From positions 335,482,001 to 335,546,000 of the forward strand of contig OZ024743.1 of NCBI GenBank assembly GCA_964016885.1: a DNA stretch of 64,000 bases. The letters run 5' to 3'. Of this stretch, positions 58,321 through 64,000 are shown one piece after another; the stretch's first letter is position 1; each line of letters opens with the position of its first letter. Both the position numbers and the translations under genes were made by a program. Source of the stretch: Eledone cirrhosa (lineage: Eukaryota). The notes under the pieces are model-generated. The model ran no database searches. It was given only the letters and a program-made list of their open reading frames with translations, and was not told the origin of the DNA.

Positions 58321-59945
58321 TTTTCTTTATTAACCACAAGGGTTTACATAAAGTAGACACTGAGGAAAGTACAGTACAATACAGGACGGTACAAATGGGT
58401 ATTTCTGCGTGTAAAAAAAAAACAGAGGGTGTAATAAAAAATAATAATAATAATGATTTCTTTATTGGCCACAAGGGCTGACCTCAAGAAAAACATTACA
58501 GACGGCACAGGACGGTACAGGACGGTACGATGTGGGTTTTGTGCGTGTAAATATTTTTATTATTTATATAAGAAAAGAAAAAGAGGACATAGAAACATAT
58601 ATATATATAAACAATAAAAATGAAAATTGAAACAATGAAAAATTCCCCAATAGGGGGGAAACCTCCGAGGGTTACTCGTGGCGAAAACCACACAAAACAC
58701 CACGGCCACCCTGACCACCAGGGCAAGCGCCCTCTCTCAATTTTTCCATCTCTCAAACTACAGACGTATATTCAGAGTGGTCCCGTTCACTCCGACCATT
58801 CTCCCTACATTCACCCACCTTTCAACAAACTTGCTAGAAGGCAGCACTTGCCTCTCCACCCTGATTTTCCTCTTCAAGTGAAACTTGAAAAAGTTAATTA
58901 GGGATTCGCCGATTAGGAAACTGTCTGTCTTTAACCCTTTCAAACTTGTCCACCACACAGTCTCTTTCACCATGGCCACCAGGCAGATGAAAACCGGGTG
59001 CCCTTCCTCCTCGAAGGAATACGGCGCCACCATCTGCACAATGGACTCAGTCGACAACCGGATCAGTCCTACACGCGACAGCAACTGTTTGACATAGCTC
59101 CACAAGTCAGCAATGCTCGGGCACTGAACGAGTGCGTGCACGACGGTTTCATCGCTCAGCGCGCATCTCGGACAGGCTCGGCTGACGGCACTTCCGTTCC
59201 TATAGATCTTATCTCGAACCGGCAGCGCTCCCCAGTAGCACTGCCAGGCCAGTGATTTTAGGAAGTTATCCATAGGCCCTGGGCTGAAAGTTCTCCGGAA
59301 GAGAGCAAACGCCTGATCTTCTTCGACGCCCAGGATCTCTCCGAGAACGTCGTCGCTCTCCCCTCCACTAGTCTTCTATAGAACGCTGAGGTGGATGTTC
59401 CACCGATACTGGTGCCCAGCTGGCAGAGGGCAGTGAGCGCCTGGAGGCATTCCAGTTTCCAAGCGCTATCCCTCGGTTTTTTCTGACCCAGGACTGCAGC
59501 TCCGTCAAGGAGACGAGCTGTAGGAAAACGTACCTGACGAACGGCGACCACACCTGTTCACCATCAAGGAAGCACCAGAGATGTCGCAGCCTTAGCGCAT
59601 GTTTGCATGGCATGCCCCGTCCTCCACGCAACGGGTGTTGACAGCAGATGGATCGTCTGACCATGGGAGCGCGTCCCTTCCACAAAAAGCGGAAGAGGAG
59701 GCGCTCCATTTTGGTGAGAGTTGGGCCGGAGCAAGGGACGACGGTGAGGCGGTAGCAGATGACGGATGCGATGTACGCATTCGCCATCTCCACCCGCCTT
59801 TCAGGGACAGCTTCCTCTCGGCCCATTTCTGGGTGAGGGAGGCCACCGTGCTCGTCACCTCGCTCCAATTTTGCTCCATCTGGAGGTCCGGTCCGAACCA
59901 GACCCCGAGCAATTTAACCGGTCCGTCCACCGTGCTCTCGCTTTT
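58300..59945 (-). mobile_element. Tx1/L1-clade LINE, 5'-truncated and frameshifted, with duplicated 3' tail and (TTA)n
   Basis: VKLLGVWFG, RKLSLKG, FRFLWKG, GALPVRDK..CPRC..DETVVHALVQCP (CCHC); AATAAAGAAA.CATTATTATT twice. Confidence 0.9.
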
Positions 59946-60244
59946 GCACACGGTACCATTCCAATAACTGCTTTATCATTAATTTACTCTCATTCTGAGG
60001 CAGTTTGGAATGGCGCCAGTTTGAAATTTTTAACTCGGAAATTTTATAATCTCCGGGAGAGAAATGCCTTCTCACGATAATCTCCTTCACAATGGAAATC
60101 CGCTTGGATTATCTATTCGATTGGGATTTGAAACCGCGGTAAAGGCACATATAGTATGTACAGTGTATTTTTAACATTTTTTTTTTATTTTTTCTTTATT
60201 TGCTTTCCCTTGATTTTATATATATATATATATAATTAAAAAGC

Positions 60245-60505
60245 GAACAACACAAAATATAACTGCTCCATTACCAAAGGTTTCTGGATTCCAGACAATA
60301 TTTATATACGTCTGGATCGGTCATCAGACAGAGACGTCTCTGTCTGATTACCGATCCAGACGTACATTAATATTGTCTGGGATCCAGAAACCTTTGCTAA
60401 TGGAGTAGTTATATTTTGTGTTGTTCATTTTCTAATTAAATAGCTCTGTTCTATACATAGAGCACTCTTTTTTTCCTTTGCTTTTTCTTTGGAATTACCT
60501 AAAAC
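60245..60505. mobile_element. pLTR fold-back palindrome (~91-bp arms, no spacer), a hammerhead in each arm
   Basis: Centre GAGACGTCTC at 60331-60340; minus-strand HHR 60266-60333 CTCTGT-CTGATGA-CCGATCCAGAC...GTCTGGAATCCA-GAAA-CCTTTGG-TA-ATGGAG; plus-strand copy 60338-60405 mutated. Confidence 0.88.
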
Positions 60506-60636
60506 ATATATATATATATGTGTGTGTGTGAGTGTGTGAGCGTTTGTCTGCCTGTTTCTATATGTATGTATTTATGTATGTATACATGCACACCCACAGA
60601 TACACTCACAGGCACACACAAATATATATATGTATG

Positions 60637-60677
<41 letters not shown>

Positions 60678-60699
60678 CGTGGGTAATATTAATATTATC

Positions 60700-63170
60700 C
60701 AATTACAATTTTTTATGTTGATACCAATTCTAACCACCCTAGATCTGTCTTAAACTCAATTATTAAAGGTTTCTCTAATAGAATTTAAAAATGTTGTGAT
60801 ACTGAATGTATGTTTAACCAAAATGCTCATTATTATAATGATGCTTTAACACATTCTGGCTATAAAAATAAAATTACGTTAATGCCTAAAATCCCTTTTG
60901 TCGACTGTAACAACAACCTAATATTTGTAATAATAAAACTGAAGGTAATAATCATAAGGATACACTTATTAATATCAAAAATAAAAAGAATAGAAGATGT
61001 CTTAATTCATATTTTAATCCACATTTCAACTTAAATGTTTCTACTAATATAGCTAGAGTATTCTTCTCTATAATTGAAAACAATTTCTCATTTGATCACA
61101 AATATCATAATTTAAGTAATAATAATACCATTACACTCTCTTGCTCTACTACACCTAACATTGCTAATCACATAGCGAGTAGTAATAACAAGAAGATTAG
61201 TAAATATTTTCTTCTCATAACTTAAATAACAATGCTCAACCTGTTGATATGCTTAACAATATTGTACCTAAGAATTTTAGTAATCACTCACATAACACAT
61301 TAATTTCTAGGACTTATAGGAATAATAATATCAATTCTAGCACTCATATATCTAACTCTAATAACTCTTAACATCTTTACCCACAAAACTGCTTAATCAA
61401 TAGCTATAATTGTAATTGTAGGCATAATAATGTATGCCCTCTTCATAGAAACTGCCTTGTTAAGAATATTATTTATTCCTGCACTCTCACATCTTCCACC
61501 AACTCCAAAACCTATATCGATTCTACGTGGAATAGTTTTAAGACGAGGTATAATTCCCATCTTCATACTTTCAAGAACTCTAAGCCTAAGCATGCAACCT
61601 CTTTATCTAGATTCATATCATTTCGGAAGAGTAATAATACACTTTACCCCCTGACGTGGAATGTTATTGCAAAAACTTCTTATAAAACTCCCAATAAATG
61701 TTGTAACCTTTGCCTTCTTGAGTCCCATACTATTATTTATTCTAAACATAAATTTATTAAATAGGAAATCTGAAATGTTTTCCACTTGTCCTCTAATTAT
61801 TCACCATTCTTTTTCCTATTTAAAACCTAGTAACTAACTTAGTAACCAATGTAGATTTATACCTTATGTTTTTAGTAACATTAGTATCATTGCACTCTTA
61901 TTACATCCCTCTTCTGATCCCTTGGATTATAATTACAATGTATTTTAACCAACCATTCACATTTAGGCCTCTTATCTTTTTATTATATTATCTTTAATTA
62001 GCCTCACTTGTATTTGTATTTATTTTTACTAATATTATACTATTTATTAACCATTGCCTGACTCTTTATTTTTTCAGTAGTATATTTTCAATAATTATAC
62101 AATTTATTAAATAATTAATTAACTAATATAATTATTTATCCTTTAATATTATTTAACATATTATGTATATATTTTTTTAATAATACATAGCATTTTAGTA
62201 TACATTGATAAATTATTTCATTTGTATTTTGTAAATATATTATTTTTTTAATAATTCTTTAGCTCTATAAGCCCTAAATATTTTTTTTAAAGTCGTGACA
62301 TTTTGACTTAGTAAATATTTGTTTTTCCATTTAATAATTTGTAACTCTCCATTTTATTTTTTATTTTGCAATAACCGCCAGTTAAGTATAAATTTTCAAA
62401 CTCTATGTTAAGATGGAGTTATTTATATTTAAGCATATATGACTTTCTCCCCTCTATTCAAATATGTGGTGCTTTTCCGATGATAACACTTAATCTATAT
62501 TGGATTTATACTTTGCTGATATTTACTCAACATTAATTTCTTTGAATATTCTGAGTAATAATAGTAACACTTCAACCTATATTTAATCTTTATTTTGCTG
62601 AGTATACTTATTCAATATTATTACCTTTGAATGGTTTGAAAAATAATAGTTTATCTGTATTACTGATTGACGCAGTCGAACTTTTTATATCCAATATGAA
62701 AATTATCTTTTGGAAATGTATTTTTATATTTTAAAATTTATATTTGAACTGCACACCTGCTCTTATTAACTTTCGTAATGCTTATGATATATGTTTATTT
62801 ACTAGTTTTGACATATGTCTTGCATTATACTTACCTTTCTATAGTAGCATGTTTCTTTATAACAGCATGTTAATTTTCATTTGTAATGCTATTAGCTGCT
62901 CCTAATTTTATTTCATTGCATTTATATGCTCATATTTTTCATATGCTTCTTCTGCTTTTGCTATTTTTTCTTATATAAATGTTGATACTTATGCTTACTT
63001 CCTATATTATGTACCCTCCTAATGTTCTTATGACAAACTTCTGATATATTTGTGTTTCAACCTTTATTATATTCTCCGATGATTTCGGCTTTGTGCTAGG
63101 ATGAAACGTAAGATGATCGTAAGTGATTAAATGTTTTACACACTATTTGATTGTCATTTATAAACTTTAT
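60700..63170 (+). mobile_element. Naiad-like PLE relic (thumb plus GIY-YIG, ~60710-61835), AT-rich 3'UTR, pLTR with HHR 63073-63113
   Basis: [55 protein letters not shown]; TCT-CCGATGA-stem-GAAA-CG-TA-AGA. Confidence 0.85.
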
Positions 63171-63778
63171 ATATATATATATGTGATAAAAAGAGAAGAC
63201 TGACTTCACTGGTGATTGACGTTCTTCAATAATTCAAATCTTTAGAATGAGTCGTTATTGAAATGGGTTCTAATATTAAAGAACACCAACCACCAGTTAA
63301 GTCATTCCTTCTTTTATTCAAATTTATATTACTGTACCAAGGAATTCTCTCCATGTTCTAATATATATATATATTAAGCTATATCTGTATATATACAGTG
63401 TAGGTAACTCTGACAGCGCCAAAATGTATATAAATATAAACATGTTTAATATGTGAGCGCCAATTCTATGCAAATTAATACATCCATCGATGATTTCTAC
63501 TGACATCGAATGGGTATATAAGTACATCGAATATGTATTTCTTTGTGGTTGGTTATCTTATACACGTCTTCTGAGGTCGGAAAAGCGATTAAAGGTGTGT
63601 ATCTATATATAAATATATTTTTTTCACTTTACAGGGAAATTAGTATTTTCTTGCATGTTTAGATGTCTACACACTAAAAATGTGCATACTTATACACACA
63701 TTGGTACAGTTTCGCTTATTCACTATATGTATATACAGATAAAACTTAGTCGCACACTTCGGCTCAATAGAGCACCAT

Positions 63779-63857
<79 letters not shown>

Positions 63858-64000
63858 GGGAGGGGAGGTATATATATTTGTGCGTGTGTGTGTGTATATA
63901 TATATGAATAAGTATATATAAATGTATGTATATATATATGAATAAGTATATATAAATATGTCTGTGTTTCTGTGTATGTATGTGTGTCTTTGTATACCTG

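Overview
Repeat-dense, AT-rich eukaryotic DNA with no confidently identifiable host gene. It is most likely coleoid cephalopod (octopus-like), inferred from the SINE families, a mollusc-type 5S rRNA copy and very abundant (TA)n/(CA)n/(GA)n microsatellites. Almost all listed ORFs ([12 protein letters not shown]) are microsatellite artefacts. The real coding content is all transposon-derived: several Penelope-like elements (PLEs, three of them Naiad-like GLYRDD type), an open 5'-truncated RTE LINE with three C2H2 fingers, a CR1-group LINE, Tx1, RTEX and CRE fragments, and two mariner relics. Non-coding elements include a non-autonomous Helitron, many SINEs and a 5S pseudogene. The main hidden signal is about 15 minimal hammerhead ribozyme (HHR) motifs from roughly ten unrelated sequence families, most of them in short PLE pseudo-LTR units embedded in (TA)n. 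Many of these units occur as fold-back palindromes whose symmetry axis lies inside or next to the hammerhead, with arms that co-vary within each copy. All pairings were read by eye; no folding or database search was run.
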